A DNA stretch of 64,000 bases from the NCBI GenBank assembly GCA_965223005.1, contig CBDCVK010000009.1:32001-96000 (forward strand), in the 5' to 3' direction. This DNA comes from Terriglobia bacterium (GTDB lineage: Bacteria; Acidobacteriota; Terriglobia; JAJPHL01; JAPKYU01). How positions within the stretch are numbered: position 1 is the first letter of the stretch; every line of letters starts with the position of its first letter. Below, piece by piece: positions 1 through 10,212 of the stretch. The position numbers were made by a program, and so were the translations under genes. The notes beneath the pieces were generated by a model, which saw nothing but the letters and a program-made list of their open reading frames with translations, did no database searches and was not told the DNA's origin.

Positions 1-576
1 GATCCTGACTCCATAGAACTAGTCGTCGACACACATCTGCACTTCGACCATTGCGGGGGCAACACCCGATGGCAGGGCGGCCGGGCGGTGCCCGTCTTCC
101 CCCGGGCCCGCTACTTCGCGCAGCGTGGCGAGTGGGAGCATGCCCACCTCCGCCATGACCGCGACCGCGTCAGCTACCTGGACGAAAACTACGAACCACT
201 GGTCGCCAGCGGCCAGATGACGCTGCTGGACGGCGACGCCACCCTGGTGCCGGGTCTGGTTGTTCGGGTCACGCCGGGGCACACGAGGAACCTGCAGGTG
301 GTGCTGATCCAGTCCGGCGGGCAAACCTGCGCCTACTTCTCCGATCTGGTCCCCTCCACTGCCCACCTGAACCCCACCTGGGTCATGGCGTTCGACCTGT
401 TTCCGCTGGAGACCATCGAAAACAAAAAGCGCCTGCTTGCGCAGGCAGCCGCCGAGAATTGGCTTTGCGTCTTCGTACACGACGCGGAACACCCCTGGGG
501 CTATGTGCGCGCCGGCGAGGGCGGCAAGTACGAGTATGAACCGGTGGCCGCGACCGCCCCGGTCAAAACCAGCTAG
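1..576 (+). CDS. MBL-fold metallo-hydrolase (YtnP/AHL-lactonase-like), 5'-truncated by window edge
   Basis: Frame 1 is open from base 1 and reads DPDSIELVVDTHLHFDHCGG (HxHxDH motif), then TPGHT, SDLVP and FVHD metal-ligand motifs. Confidence 0.9.
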   Translation, partial: DPDSIELVVDTHLHFDHCGGNTRWQGGRAVPVFPRARYFAQRGEWEHAHLRHDRDRVSYLDENYEPLVASGQMTLLDGDATLVPGLVVRVTPGHTRNLQVVLIQSGGQTCAYFSDLVPSTAHLNPTWVMAFDLFPLETIENKKRLLAQAAAENWLCVFVHDAEHPWGYVRAGEGGKYEYEPVAATAPVKTS

Positions 577-695
577 GAGGCGGCCGGCGGTCCGGCCGCT
601 CCAGAACAACTACGGCAGCGTGCCCGTCGCAATTTGCCACCGGAAGCCCCCCTCTGCCAAAGCAGTTGCCGCACCCGCGGGCACCAGCACACGCT

Positions 696-2198
696 CTATT
701 TCGGCACCGGCTTCCAAGTTTGGCCGCCGTCAGCGGTGCGCAGGCGGCGTCCTGAGCGGGTCAGGATTTCGCCGGTAAGCGCGTTCGTGAAGGAGATAAT
801 CACAGGATCTTTTGCTCCCGTCTCGACGGGCAGGTCCCAGCTTCGGCCCAGGTCGGCAGAGTGCGCCACCCGGCCGCCGGGCAAAAGCACCCACAGGTGA
901 TCGCCGAAAACGGTGAAATCAGTGACCTCCGCGCCCGACGGGCCCGTCGGTATGGTCAGCGGCTTCCATTCGTTAGATTCGGCTGGGGTCACCAGCAGCA
1001 GTCCGGAGACAGTTAGAGCCAGGCGGTGCGTCGCGGCCGGGATTTGTTTGCGGAACTGCCCGTACCTCTGAGCGTCGCGCCCCTTAAGCCCCGTTTCCAG
1101 CCCCGTTGTCGCGCTGGCCCTCCCCGCGCGTCTTTGGCGGCGGGCTCCAACCTCGGCCGCCTCGATCTCCTTTTTTTCCTCCAAATCGGCGCGTTTGGCG
1201 AGCCGGCCCTCGAGGGCCAGGACGCTCTTGGACGCGTTCTTCGGCTCGGCCTGCATCCTTCGCAATTCCTTCGATCGCGACGGCTTCGGAGCGGACTGGG
1301 CCCGAGGACGGTCGGCGAGCTCGTTGGCCACCGAGCTCTTAGCTTGTGCTTCGGAGGCGCGTTGTGCGAAGGCATCGTCGACCGCCTGCGACCCGTCTTT
1401 CGTCTTGCGCGCGCGCTCAGCGGAACTTTCGAGATGCGCGAGCCGATCTGCTTCGGATGGAGACCCCGATGGGGGCGCCGATGGAGACGGGGGAGGTGCA
1501 GCCGCCGGGACAGGAGCCGCTGCTCGCGCCCCCTTTTCGGCGAATTGTTCGGCGAAGCCGCCCTGGAGCTCTCGCCGTGTTTGCGGCAGCCGCTCCTGTT
1601 CCTCAGTACCCACTGCCGCTGTCGTTCCCCCAACTGTCGTTCCCCTAACTGTCGCTCCCCCAACCGGGTGTGCCTTGTCAGCTTCGCTTAGCAGGACGCC
1701 GCGACTGGTGGCGGCCTCTGCGGGAGCCTGAGGCGCGGGAGCGTAGGCGTGTGACTCGCCTGTCGGCGACTCCGGCTCCGGGGTCGCTTGCTCAGCAACT
1801 CGGCCAGGCGCAGTGGAAGGGAGGGGGGCCACGATCTGGAAGCGCTCGTAGTAGATGAACGACCCTACCAGGATCACGCCGGCCAGCGTGGGCAACGCCC
1901 AACGCCAACGAAACAGCAGAGGAGCGCGGGGCACCCGCGCGGTCTGCGTACCTGCGGCCGCGGCACCAGCGGCCGATTCCTGCGGCGCCAGGCGCACCAG
2001 ACGCACCACAGCAGCCTGGCAGGCCGCACATGTGGCCAGGTGCTGCTCCAGGCGCTCGCGGGTCGTCTGGGGGAGTTGGCCTTCCGCGTACGCGGCCAGC
2101 AGCTCGGCGTTGTCGCAGAGTTCACCGCCCGCCGCGCCCTCCCAGTTTCGCCGCCGCAGCAAGTCCTCCAGAGGTGTGTGGTCGTCCGGCACGTGCAC
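696..2198 (-). CDS. Putative zinc-finger (zf-HC2) anti-sigma factor with TM helix and C-terminal BNR/YCF48-like repeats
   Basis: N-terminal HLATCAAC (HxxxCxxC), TM segment WRWALPTLAGVILVGSFIYY, low-complexity linker, SADLGRSW and TADGGQTW Asp-box repeats; directly downstream of an ECF sigma. Confidence 0.8.
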   Translation of the reverse strand: MHVPDDHTPLEDLLRRRNWEGAAGGELCDNAELLAAYAEGQLPQTTRERLEQHLATCAACQAAVVRLVRLAPQESAAGAAAAGTQTARVPRAPLLFRWRWALPTLAGVILVGSFIYYERFQIVAPLPSTAPGRVAEQATPEPESPTGESHAYAPAPQAPAEAATSRGVLLSEADKAHPVGGATVRGTTVGGTTAAVGTEEQERLPQTRRELQGGFAEQFAEKGARAAAPVPAAAPPPSPSAPPSGSPSEADRLAHLESSAERARKTKDGSQAVDDAFAQRASEAQAKSSVANELADRPRAQSAPKPSRSKELRRMQAEPKNASKSVLALEGRLAKRADLEEKKEIEAAEVGARRQRRAGRASATTGLETGLKGRDAQRYGQFRKQIPAATHRLALTVSGLLLVTPAESNEWKPLTIPTGPSGAEVTDFTVFGDHLWVLLPGGRVAHSADLGRSWDLPVETGAKDPVIISFTNALTGEILTRSGRRLRTADGGQTWKPVPK

Positions 2199-2206
2199 TT
2201 TGGCCC

Positions 2207-3049
2207 CTATTTCTGAACGGCAGGCGTGCCGCGATCTTGCACGCTCCGCCGAATCTCCAAGCTGCCCTGCGCAGCCTGATACAGGCAGCGCCTCACTTCG
2301 TCCTCCTCCAACCGGTGCTCCTTCTTCAGGATGCTAGTCAGGGTCTGGCGCAATTGGCTACGAGCCCGGTCCAGTTCGCGGCTGGCCGTGGCCTCATGCA
2401 CCCCTACCAGAGCGGCGGCTTCGCGCAGGGTCAGCCCATGAAAACAGTAAAAATCCAACAGCAACTTCTGGCGCGGCGGCAGTCGTTGCAAAGCCGTTTC
2501 CAGCGCGTTCTGGGCCATGCGCTCGTATTGTCCCTGCTCGACCGGATCGGCAAGTGGTGCTGCGGATACGGCCTGGCCGGCTGATTCCCGCTCCTCCAAT
2601 GAGACTTCCTTTTTCTCCGAGCGCAAGCGATCCACGTAGCTCTGGTAGAGGACCGCGCGTAGCCACCCTGCCAGCGAACTGCGCCCGGCGAAGGAGGCCA
2701 GCCGCGCCCGCTGCTCATAGAGTTCGCCAAACATTGCGTCGGCCAGCTCCTCGCCGCGCGGGCCTGCTAGCGCACGTCCAGCCGCCCGCAGCGGTCCGCA
2801 AAGTTCCTCAAAGAACTGCCGCCAGGCCCGCTCGTCGCCGTGCGCACAGGCAGCCGCCAGCGCCAGATCGCGCAGCCGGACCGAGCGCAGGTATTCCTCC
2901 GCGCTGCCCTCCCCGCCATATTTCTCCAGCGATGCGTGCGCTGCCTGAGCAAAAGCCTCCAGTGGCAGTCCCCAGGAGGAGGCGGGCGTCGCCGAGTAGA
3001 GCTGCTCCAGCAGGCGACGGTAGCGGGATTGGAATTCTGCCGCCGTCAT
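2207..3049 (-). CDS. ECF-type sigma-70 factor with N-terminal extension
   Basis: DLALAAACAHGDERAW, FAGRSSLAGWLRAVL (region 2) and LQRLPPRQK...GLTLREAAALVGVHEATASRELDRAR (region 4); start codon uncertain (3049 or 3061). Confidence 0.85.
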   Translation of the reverse strand: MTAAEFQSRYRRLLEQLYSATPASSWGLPLEAFAQAAHASLEKYGGEGSAEEYLRSVRLRDLALAAACAHGDERAWRQFFEELCGPLRAAGRALAGPRGEELADAMFGELYEQRARLASFAGRSSLAGWLRAVLYQSYVDRLRSEKKEVSLEERESAGQAVSAAPLADPVEQGQYERMAQNALETALQRLPPRQKLLLDFYCFHGLTLREAAALVGVHEATASRELDRARSQLRQTLTSILKKEHRLEEDEVRRCLYQAAQGSLEIRRSVQDRGTPAVQK

Positions 3050-3248
3050 GACTTCTTCCAAAGATTATACGCGGCCCTGGGGCGGCCCGCACTTCCGCAG
3101 GGGTGATTCCTTTGGGAGCAACGGCAGAGGGCATATACTGGGCTTTCGGCCCAAGAGCCAGGCTAAGGCTAAGCTAACTAGGCTAAGACCAGGGTAAGAC
3201 CGGGCTAGGACCAGGCTAGGAGAAGATGGCTGGGCTGAGAGCGCGCTA

Positions 3249-4424
3249 ATGGCCTTTCCGTTTCGCGGCGTGGACTTCATGGAGGTGGACTCGCTGTTCA
3301 GCTCCGAGGAGTTGCTGGTGCGTCAGACCACCCGCGAATTTGTGGAGAACGAAGTCATTCCCATCATCGAGGAGCATAACCGGGAGGGGAAATTCCCGTT
3401 GCACCTGGTCCCGAAGATGGCCGAGCTGGGGTTTCTCGGGGCCAACCTGCGAGGCTATGGCTGCGCAGAGATGTCCAACGTCGAATACGGCCTGATGATG
3501 CAGGAATTGGAGCGGGGTGACAGCGGCCTGCGCAGCTTCGCCAGCGTGCAGGGCGCGCTGGTCATGTACCCGATCCTGGAGTTTGGCTCCGAGGAGCAAA
3601 AGCAGCGGTGGCTGCCGCGGCTGCAAAGTGGCCGGGCCATTGGCTGCTTTGGATTGACCGAACCCGACTTCGGTTCCAACCCTGCTGGCCTGCGCAGCCG
3701 CGCCGTCCGGGACGGGCGCCACTACGTGCTCGACGGCGAGAAGGCCTGGATCACCTCCGGCAGCATCGCCGACCTGGCGCTCGTCTGGGCCAAGACGGAG
3801 GACGGCGTCATTCGCGGCTTTCTGGTCGAAAAGAGCACCCGGGGGCTCACAGCGCGCGACATCAAGGAAAAATTTTCCCTGCGGGCTTCGGTCACCAGCA
3901 GCCTGTCGCTCCAGGACGCGCGGATCCCATGCGAAAACCTGCTTCCCGATACCGATGGATTGAAAGCAGCGCTGATGTGTCTGAACCAGGCGCGCTATGG
4001 CATCGGCTGGGGCGCGCTGGGGGCGGCCATGGCCTGCTACGAGACCGCCCGGCAGTACGCGCTCGAACGCCGCCAGTTCGACAACAGACCCATCGCCGGC
4101 CATCAACTAGTCCAGCAGAAGCTGGCCTGGATGATCACCGAGATTACCAAGGGGCAGTTGCTGGCGCTGCACGTGGGAAGGCTGAAGGACGCCCGCCGCG
4201 CCCACCACGCCCATATCTCCATGCTGAAGCGCAACAACGTGGAAATGGCGCTGGAAACGGCGCGCCTGGCTCGTGACATTCTGGGAGCCACCGGCATCTC
4301 CGAGGAGTACCCCGTCTTCCGGCATATGTGCAACCTGGAGTCGGTTAAGACTTACGAGGGCACGCACGACATCCACACCCTGGCGATCGGCGAGAGGATC
4401 ACTGGGATTTCAGCGTTTTCCTGA
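3249..4424 (+). CDS. Acyl-CoA dehydrogenase, glutaryl-CoA dehydrogenase-like
   Basis: CFGLTEPDFGSNP, GEKAWIT, CLNQARYGIGWG and NLESVKTYEGTHDIH motifs. Confidence 0.92.
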   Translation: MAFPFRGVDFMEVDSLFSSEELLVRQTTREFVENEVIPIIEEHNREGKFPLHLVPKMAELGFLGANLRGYGCAEMSNVEYGLMMQELERGDSGLRSFASVQGALVMYPILEFGSEEQKQRWLPRLQSGRAIGCFGLTEPDFGSNPAGLRSRAVRDGRHYVLDGEKAWITSGSIADLALVWAKTEDGVIRGFLVEKSTRGLTARDIKEKFSLRASVTSSLSLQDARIPCENLLPDTDGLKAALMCLNQARYGIGWGALGAAMACYETARQYALERRQFDNRPIAGHQLVQQKLAWMITEITKGQLLALHVGRLKDARRAHHAHISMLKRNNVEMALETARLARDILGATGISEEYPVFRHMCNLESVKTYEGTHDIHTLAIGERITGISAFS

Positions 4425-4483
4425 TCTTCTTTTCCTGATCGTCTGGGAGAATGCGCTCCGGTATAGCAGACAGCCGGTAAATC

Positions 4484-4966
4484 ATGATTCGCACCCCACA
4501 CATTGTCCTGCTGGCCGGCGCCGTGGTTGTGACGTTGTTGGCCGGCCTGGCGTCGCTGCTCGATTCTTCCTGGGTGTACCTGTTGTTCCAGGCGGTATGC
4601 CACCAGCAGACGGAACGGGCATTGTGGTTTGCGGGTGGTCCCATGGCGGTATGCGCGCGCTGCTTCGGCATCTATGCCGGAGCAGTGCTGGCGCTGCTGG
4701 CCAGGCTTCCGGCCCGGCCGCGGACACTGGCGACGGCCAGCCTGTTGCTGGCCGCCGACGTGGGCAGCGAGTGGCTGGGGCTGCGTCCGCCTTGGGCCAT
4801 GGGGCGGCTGCTGGTGGGTTTGCTGGTTGGCGCAACGGCCACGCCGTTCATCGACGGGGAACTGGCTCAGGCTATGCGGCCGTCACGGAAGGAAGCTGTG
4901 GTCCGCCGGAGGCGTCGGAGTGGCAAGCTTGCCCTGACTGAGATCACCCAAGGCCGCGCCAATTGA
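4484..4966 (+). CDS. DUF2085-like membrane protein
   Basis: VCHQQTER...MAVCARCFGIYAG signature plus hydrophobic helices. Confidence 0.75.
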   Translation: MIRTPHIVLLAGAVVVTLLAGLASLLDSSWVYLLFQAVCHQQTERALWFAGGPMAVCARCFGIYAGAVLALLARLPARPRTLATASLLLAADVGSEWLGLRPPWAMGRLLVGLLVGATATPFIDGELAQAMRPSRKEAVVRRRRRSGKLALTEITQGRAN

Positions 4967-5661
4967 TGGAACGCTGTCCCAATTGCGACGCCGAATTGCC
5001 GGCGATTGCGTATTTCTGCCCCATTTGTGGACAGAAGCTCGAGACCTCCGAACAGCCGCCGGATAGCGCAGCGGCTTCCGAAGATCAGCCAGAGGAGGAA
5101 TCCCCAAGCACTCAGGATTCGACAGTCCTCGCGCCGGAGCCGGAAGTGGCTCCGGCACCTCCAGGCTGGCGAGTGGCGCCGGTTTCCGGACCGCAGATGG
5201 TGGGCCCGGCGTTCTGGGCTGCCGTCGCTGCCGGGGTGCTGGTGGGCGTGCCCGGCACCAGCAACTGCGCTTGCCTGTGGATGCTGGGCTGCGGGGCGCT
5301 GGCGGTTTTCTTCTTTCACAAGCAATTTGGCCGTACAACCTTGCCCAACGAAGCAGCCCGCTTGGGAGCCCTAAGCGGCCTTTTCGGCTGCCTGGTGGCC
5401 TCCCTGGTGGCCGTGGTTTCCCTTGCCCTGATCCGGCGCAGTACTCTGGGGTTTGTGGATCAACTGCGCGAGAACCTGGAGCGGTCAGCGCCCATGCTGA
5501 AACCCGAGGATGCGGCTCAAATCCAGGAGCTGATCAATGCGCCAGGCGGCGCCGCCGTGCTGCTGGCGATGCTCGCTGCCTTCTATCTGTTCAGTTTCCT
5601 TGCGCTCAGCACGCTGGGAGCCCTGCTGGCCGGCTCTCTCGCCCGCCGCCGCTCCGAGTGA
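4966..5661 (+). CDS. Zinc-ribbon membrane protein (hypothetical)
   Basis: CPNC...FCPICG N-terminal ribbon and about 4 TM helices; TGATG coupling to the upstream gene. Confidence 0.75.
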   Translation: MERCPNCDAELPAIAYFCPICGQKLETSEQPPDSAAASEDQPEEESPSTQDSTVLAPEPEVAPAPPGWRVAPVSGPQMVGPAFWAAVAAGVLVGVPGTSNCACLWMLGCGALAVFFFHKQFGRTTLPNEAARLGALSGLFGCLVASLVAVVSLALIRRSTLGFVDQLRENLERSAPMLKPEDAAQIQELINAPGGAAVLLAMLAAFYLFSFLALSTLGALLAGSLARRRSE

Positions 5662-5751
5662 TTTTTGCGCTTCGCTGTCATCCCTTTCTTCGCAAGGCAC
5701 TCCCCTCGGGATGACTCTGGCTGTGCTCAGGATGGAAATGCCACAGATGTC

Positions 5752-7296
5752 CTAGGCAGGCTGGAGCAGAGGACTGGTCCCGAACAGGTTGCCGCGGTTG
5801 AGCAGGTTCTTGGGGTCCAGGGCCAGCTTGATGCGCCACATGGCCTCGAGCACCTCCGGCGGATACAGCAACTTGAGTAGGTGGGCTTTGCTCTTGCCCA
5901 GGCCATGCTCGGCCCCCACCGTGCCGCCCAGCTTCACCGCCTGCTCGGCGAATTTCAGCAGCAGAGCTTTGGCCGCATCGAAGTCGGCTTCATTGGTTGG
6001 CAGCATGTTTACATGCAGGTGGCCGTCGCCGATGTGGCCGTAGATGGTGTACTGGTCGGCGCCGGCAAACAGGGCGTCCAGTTCGTGGTGGTAGAAGGCG
6101 AGAATTTCCTGAGTCCGCTCTACGGGGACCGCTTGGTCGGTGGCTAGCTTGGGATAGCCGTTGAGCCGGGCGGTGTCGTTGACGATCAGGGCGATGGCGT
6201 GGCGAAATTCCCGGAACTTTTCCCGCTCCACGGCCGAAACAGCAAACCAGGAATCCTCCAGCAACGCGTCTTGTTCGCCGATCAGCTCCAGCCAGCGCTC
6301 GGCGGCCTCTTCCCGCGGGCCGTCGCCGATTTCCTGCTCCAGCAAAATCGCGGACTGGGCCTGGGCAGGAATTTCCGGATAACGGTGCAGGCGCAGCAAA
6401 GTGAGTGAATTGTGGTCGAAAAACTCCAGCAGTCGCGCGGAGGTCGGGTCCGCCCACTCCGAGTCGTGGGCGAGGCGCTGCGCTCGGGTCGCAAAGTCCA
6501 GTGCGGCCCTCTCGCTAGAGTAAAAGATGACGCCGCCCAGGACCTCGCCGGGCCAGGGCAGCAGCGCCAGCTCGGCTTCGGTCACCACGCCCAGGGTTCC
6601 TTCCGAGCCAATGAACAAGTCCACAAGGTCCATGCCCGGCCGAAACCAGTAGCCGGCGGAATGCTTGGTAGTGGCGGGCATGGGAAAATCGGGCAGACGA
6701 ATTTCGCGCATGTCGCCGCTGGCCCGCACGATCTGGAAGCATCCTGCGGCGTTGGCTGTCACCTCGCCGCGCACGAGTTCCAGCAGGTCGCCGTTCGGTA
6801 ACACCAGTCGCAGGCGGCGTACGTGGCGGCGCGTCGCCCCATACTTGAAGCTGCGCGCGCCGGAAGCGTTGCAGGCGATGGTGCCCCCGATGCTGGCGTG
6901 GATCTCGGTGGGATCCGGCGGGTAGAATTGCCTGGTCTGCTGGGCCGCCGCTTGCAATTCTTTCAGCAAAACTCCTGGCTGAATGCGCGTGCCTCCCGGG
7001 GCAATTTCGAGAATGCGGTTTAGCCGCTCCACAGACAGCACCCAGCCGCCCTGCGCCACCCGGGCTCCTGTGAGCCCGGTGCCGGCGCCTGAGACTGTCA
7101 CCGGCGTCTCGGTGCGCACCGCTTCGCGCAGCACGGCGCTGACCTGGGCTTCATCGTCGGGAAGCAGCAGCAATTCGGCGCGTCCGGTAAACCCGGAAGC
7201 GTCCTCGACGTAGGGCTCCAGGACCTCCGATTCGCTGCGGCGCGGACACGGCCCCGCAGCAAGTGGCGCAGCTCTCGCATACGCGCGGTGGCCCAT
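5752..7296 (-). CDS. FAD-binding oxidoreductase (GlcD/D-lactate dehydrogenase family)
   Basis: GAGTGLTGA, YPPDPT, IGSEGTLGVVTE, GHIGDGHLH and AEHGLGKSK motifs. Confidence 0.9.
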   Translation of the reverse strand: MGHRAYARAAPLAAGPCPRRSESEVLEPYVEDASGFTGRAELLLLPDDEAQVSAVLREAVRTETPVTVSGAGTGLTGARVAQGGWVLSVERLNRILEIAPGGTRIQPGVLLKELQAAAQQTRQFYPPDPTEIHASIGGTIACNASGARSFKYGATRRHVRRLRLVLPNGDLLELVRGEVTANAAGCFQIVRASGDMREIRLPDFPMPATTKHSAGYWFRPGMDLVDLFIGSEGTLGVVTEAELALLPWPGEVLGGVIFYSSERAALDFATRAQRLAHDSEWADPTSARLLEFFDHNSLTLLRLHRYPEIPAQAQSAILLEQEIGDGPREEAAERWLELIGEQDALLEDSWFAVSAVEREKFREFRHAIALIVNDTARLNGYPKLATDQAVPVERTQEILAFYHHELDALFAGADQYTIYGHIGDGHLHVNMLPTNEADFDAAKALLLKFAEQAVKLGGTVGAEHGLGKSKAHLLKLLYPPEVLEAMWRIKLALDPKNLLNRGNLFGTSPLLQPA

Positions 7297-7369
7297 CGCA
7301 GCTAGCTTATCTCCGGGCAGGTGCGCAGCATTCAGATTCGCAGGCGCTTCTACTATTAAATATCCGGTA

Positions 7370-8242
7370 TTAAATGTCTGGGCCTTCTTCTTCGGCAGCT
7401 GGCAGGTGCAGGTGGTTCGTTTCCAGGTAGCCTTTGAGCACGTCGAAACCCTCCTGCGGCGAGTCCGCGTACTGGAACAACTCCAGATCTTCCGGACTAA
7501 TGGCGCCCCACTCGGCTAGCTTCTCCAGACGCAGAACACTGTCCCAGTACTGGCGGCCGTAGATGAGGACGGCTATTCGCTTGGCAAGCCGGTTGGTCTG
7601 GACCAGGGTCAGCAGTTCAAATAGCTCATCCAGCGTACCGAAGCCGCCCGGGAAAATCACCACCGCCTTGGCCAGATACACGAACCAGAACTTCCTCATG
7701 AAGAAATAATGAAACTGGAAGCTTAGCTCAGGGGTGATATAGGGGTTAGGGGGTTGTTCGAAGGGGAGGGAGATATTGAGGCCGATGCTCTTTCCCCCGG
7801 CTTCGGAGGCGCCCCGATTGGCCGCTTCCATAATGCCTGGTCCACCGCCGGAGCACACGACAAACCGGCAGCGGGCAAATGGCAGGGGCTTGGCCCAGGC
7901 GGTCAGCAGGCGCGCCAGCTCCCGTGCTTCCTCATAATAGCGCGACCAGTTCAGCGCGACTCCGGCCTCCTTAACCTGCTCCGCAAGCTGTGGATCGCGG
8001 TTTGCGGCGTCGGCTTGCTTCAACACCTGGAGCTGCCGTTCTGCCTCCTGGCGGCTGTGCACGCGGGCCGAGCCGAAAAACACCACCGTGTCCTGGATGT
8101 TCTGGCGCCGGAATCGAGCCAGCGGCTCCAGGTATTCGGAAAGAACGCGCAGCGCGCGGGCATCGGCGCTGGCCAGGAATTTCGCGTTTTCGTACGCCAG
8201 GGCCGGCGCGCGATTCTCGCGCTGTGTTTGAGGGTCGTTCAT
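7370..8242 (-). CDS. LOG family protein (TIGR00730-like)
   Basis: FFGSAR, SGGGPGIMEAANRGA, FFMRKFWF and FPGGFGTLDELFE motifs. Confidence 0.92.
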   Translation of the reverse strand: MNDPQTQRENRAPALAYENAKFLASADARALRVLSEYLEPLARFRRQNIQDTVVFFGSARVHSRQEAERQLQVLKQADAANRDPQLAEQVKEAGVALNWSRYYEEARELARLLTAWAKPLPFARCRFVVCSGGGPGIMEAANRGASEAGGKSIGLNISLPFEQPPNPYITPELSFQFHYFFMRKFWFVYLAKAVVIFPGGFGTLDELFELLTLVQTNRLAKRIAVLIYGRQYWDSVLRLEKLAEWGAISPEDLELFQYADSPQEGFDVLKGYLETNHLHLPAAEEEGPDI

Positions 8243-8445
8243 GGCAGTGGTTATACTACGCCGGGCCGATAGCGACGCAGAAAATTGGCGAGAAGCCATC
8301 GAGTCGCGCGACGTAACGCAGGATCTCAGCATTCAGGGAAAGCTTCTCGACAGTGCAGCAAATCGTCTGATATTCTTTCCCGCTTCCCGGCTTCTTCGGT
8401 GTTTGTAGTGCGTGGGTGTTCCTGAAAAACCCAGAAGGAGACGCT

Positions 8446-8793
8446 ATGCCCAACCCTGTGGTGCACTGGGAAATTGCGGTGAAAGATGCTGAACAGGCCA
8501 AGAAGTTCTACAGCGCCCTGTTTGAGTGGAACATTGATTTCAGCAACCCGATGAATTACGGGATGACCAACACTGGAGGTCTGAACGGTGGCATCTTCAA
8601 GCCACCTAAAGGCGCTCCCAATTACGTGACCTTCTATGTACAGGTGGACGACATTGACGCTTCCCTGAAGAAAGCGGGAGAGCTTGGCGGCAAGGTGGTC
8701 GTTCCCAACACGCCGATTCCAGGTATGGGAGCCTTCGGCATGTTTGCTGACCCGGAAGGGAACGTCGTTGGGGTGTTTAAGGGCCAATCCTAG
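8446..8793 (+). CDS. VOC/glyoxalase family protein
   Basis: PVVHWEI...FYSALFEW...VDDIDA...DPEGNVVG; GAAGGAG RBS upstream. Confidence 0.88.
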   Translation: MPNPVVHWEIAVKDAEQAKKFYSALFEWNIDFSNPMNYGMTNTGGLNGGIFKPPKGAPNYVTFYVQVDDIDASLKKAGELGGKVVVPNTPIPGMGAFGMFADPEGNVVGVFKGQS

Positions 8794-8849
8794 CCGCCAA
8801 CGCCGCAGAGGCCGGCTAGGCCGTTCCGCCGCTGGCGGTGAATCCTTGC

Positions 8850-10154
8850 ATGCCGAAGCCGGATTCCAGCATCGAAGTCAGCAAGCTAGCGCAGGTCGTC
8901 GAGCCGGAAGTGCCGGTGGCCGCGGTTCCGCAGCCACCGGTGCGCCGGATGTTTCGCGCACTGCGGCACCCGCAGTACCGGTTGTTTTGGAGCGGCAACT
9001 TCATCTCCAACACCGGCACCTGGATGTACACCCTGGCGCAGGGCTGGCTGGTTCTGCAGCTGACCGATTCCCCGTTTTGGCTGGGACTGGTGGGGTTCAC
9101 CTCCTGGATTCCGCTGCTATTGTTCACTCCGCTCGGCGGGGTCATCGCCGACCGCGCCGATCGCCGCCGAGTGATGCTGCTGGCGCAGTCGGCGCTGATG
9201 GTCCTGGCGTTTCTGCTGGCCTTGCTGACCTCGCTGGACATCGTCAACATCCGGCATATCCTGGTGCTCTCGTTCCTGTCGGGAATGGCAATGGCCATGA
9301 ACACGCCGGCTTACCAGGCCAGCTTGCCCGAACTGGTGGGGGCCGAGGATCTGACCAACGCGATCGCGTTGAACTCAGCCCAGTACAACTTGTCTCGCAT
9401 GCTGGGGCCCGCCCTGGCAGGCTTGGCTATGGACCGCATCGGAGTCGCCGGCTGCTTCTACCTGAATGCCTTTAGCTTCCTGGCGCTACTGTTGGCGCTG
9501 GCGCGGATTCGCCTGCCTGCCCGCGCCGCCGCCGATGCCGGAAGCTCCGGTCGGCTTTGGAAGCCGCTGCTGGCTACCTTTTACTACCTGCGCCAACACC
9601 GCGTGCTGCGCACCTTGATCCTGCTGGAAGCGCTGGCGAGCTTCTGCGGCATGCCCTACATCGTGCTGATGCCCGTGTTCGCGCGCGACGTCCTGGAGGT
9701 GGGGCCGCGCGGCTTCGGATACCTGATGGGGGCGGCCGGGGTCGGCGCGCTGTCAGGCGCCCTGCTGCTGGCCTGGCGCGGCGACCGGTCGCGGAAAGGC
9801 GCCTTCGCGCTGCTCTCCGCGCTGGTGTTTTACGCCGCGCTGATCGTTTTTGCCCTTTCCCGCCGGTTTGATCTGGCACTGGTGGCGCTGGCGCTAAACG
9901 GCGCGACCATGGTGACCGCCATATCCACCATTAACAACCTGCTTCAGAAGTACGTTGCCCCCGAGATGCGCGGCCGCATCATGGCCACGCACGCGATGGC
10001 CTTCCTGGGCTTGGCTCCACTCGGCGGCCTGTTGGCTGGCGCGGTGGCCGAGCGCGTCGGAGCGCCGGTGGCGCTGGCTTCGCTTTGCCTGGTCGCGCTG
10101 GCCATCACTGCCGTCGTGCGCCTTCGGATGAGCGAATTGCGCGACCTGGCATAG
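8850..10154 (+). CDS. MFS transporter
   Basis: About 12 TM helices, GGVIADRADRRR motif A and VAPEMRGRIM. Confidence 0.9.
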   Translation: MPKPDSSIEVSKLAQVVEPEVPVAAVPQPPVRRMFRALRHPQYRLFWSGNFISNTGTWMYTLAQGWLVLQLTDSPFWLGLVGFTSWIPLLLFTPLGGVIADRADRRRVMLLAQSALMVLAFLLALLTSLDIVNIRHILVLSFLSGMAMAMNTPAYQASLPELVGAEDLTNAIALNSAQYNLSRMLGPALAGLAMDRIGVAGCFYLNAFSFLALLLALARIRLPARAAADAGSSGRLWKPLLATFYYLRQHRVLRTLILLEALASFCGMPYIVLMPVFARDVLEVGPRGFGYLMGAAGVGALSGALLLAWRGDRSRKGAFALLSALVFYAALIVFALSRRFDLALVALALNGATMVTAISTINNLLQKYVAPEMRGRIMATHAMAFLGLAPLGGLLAGAVAERVGAPVALASLCLVALAITAVVRLRMSELRDLA

Positions 10155-10212
10155 CGGGCCTCTGAATCTCCCCGGCAGAGCCCGCGCCACGAGTGCAGCA
10201 AGCCGTTCGCCC

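Noticed and set aside
5676-5735. GTCATCCC...GGGATGAC dyad as a novel element
   Set aside because: Short intergenic dyad between convergent genes, consistent with an ordinary terminator or REP remnant; single copy in the window.
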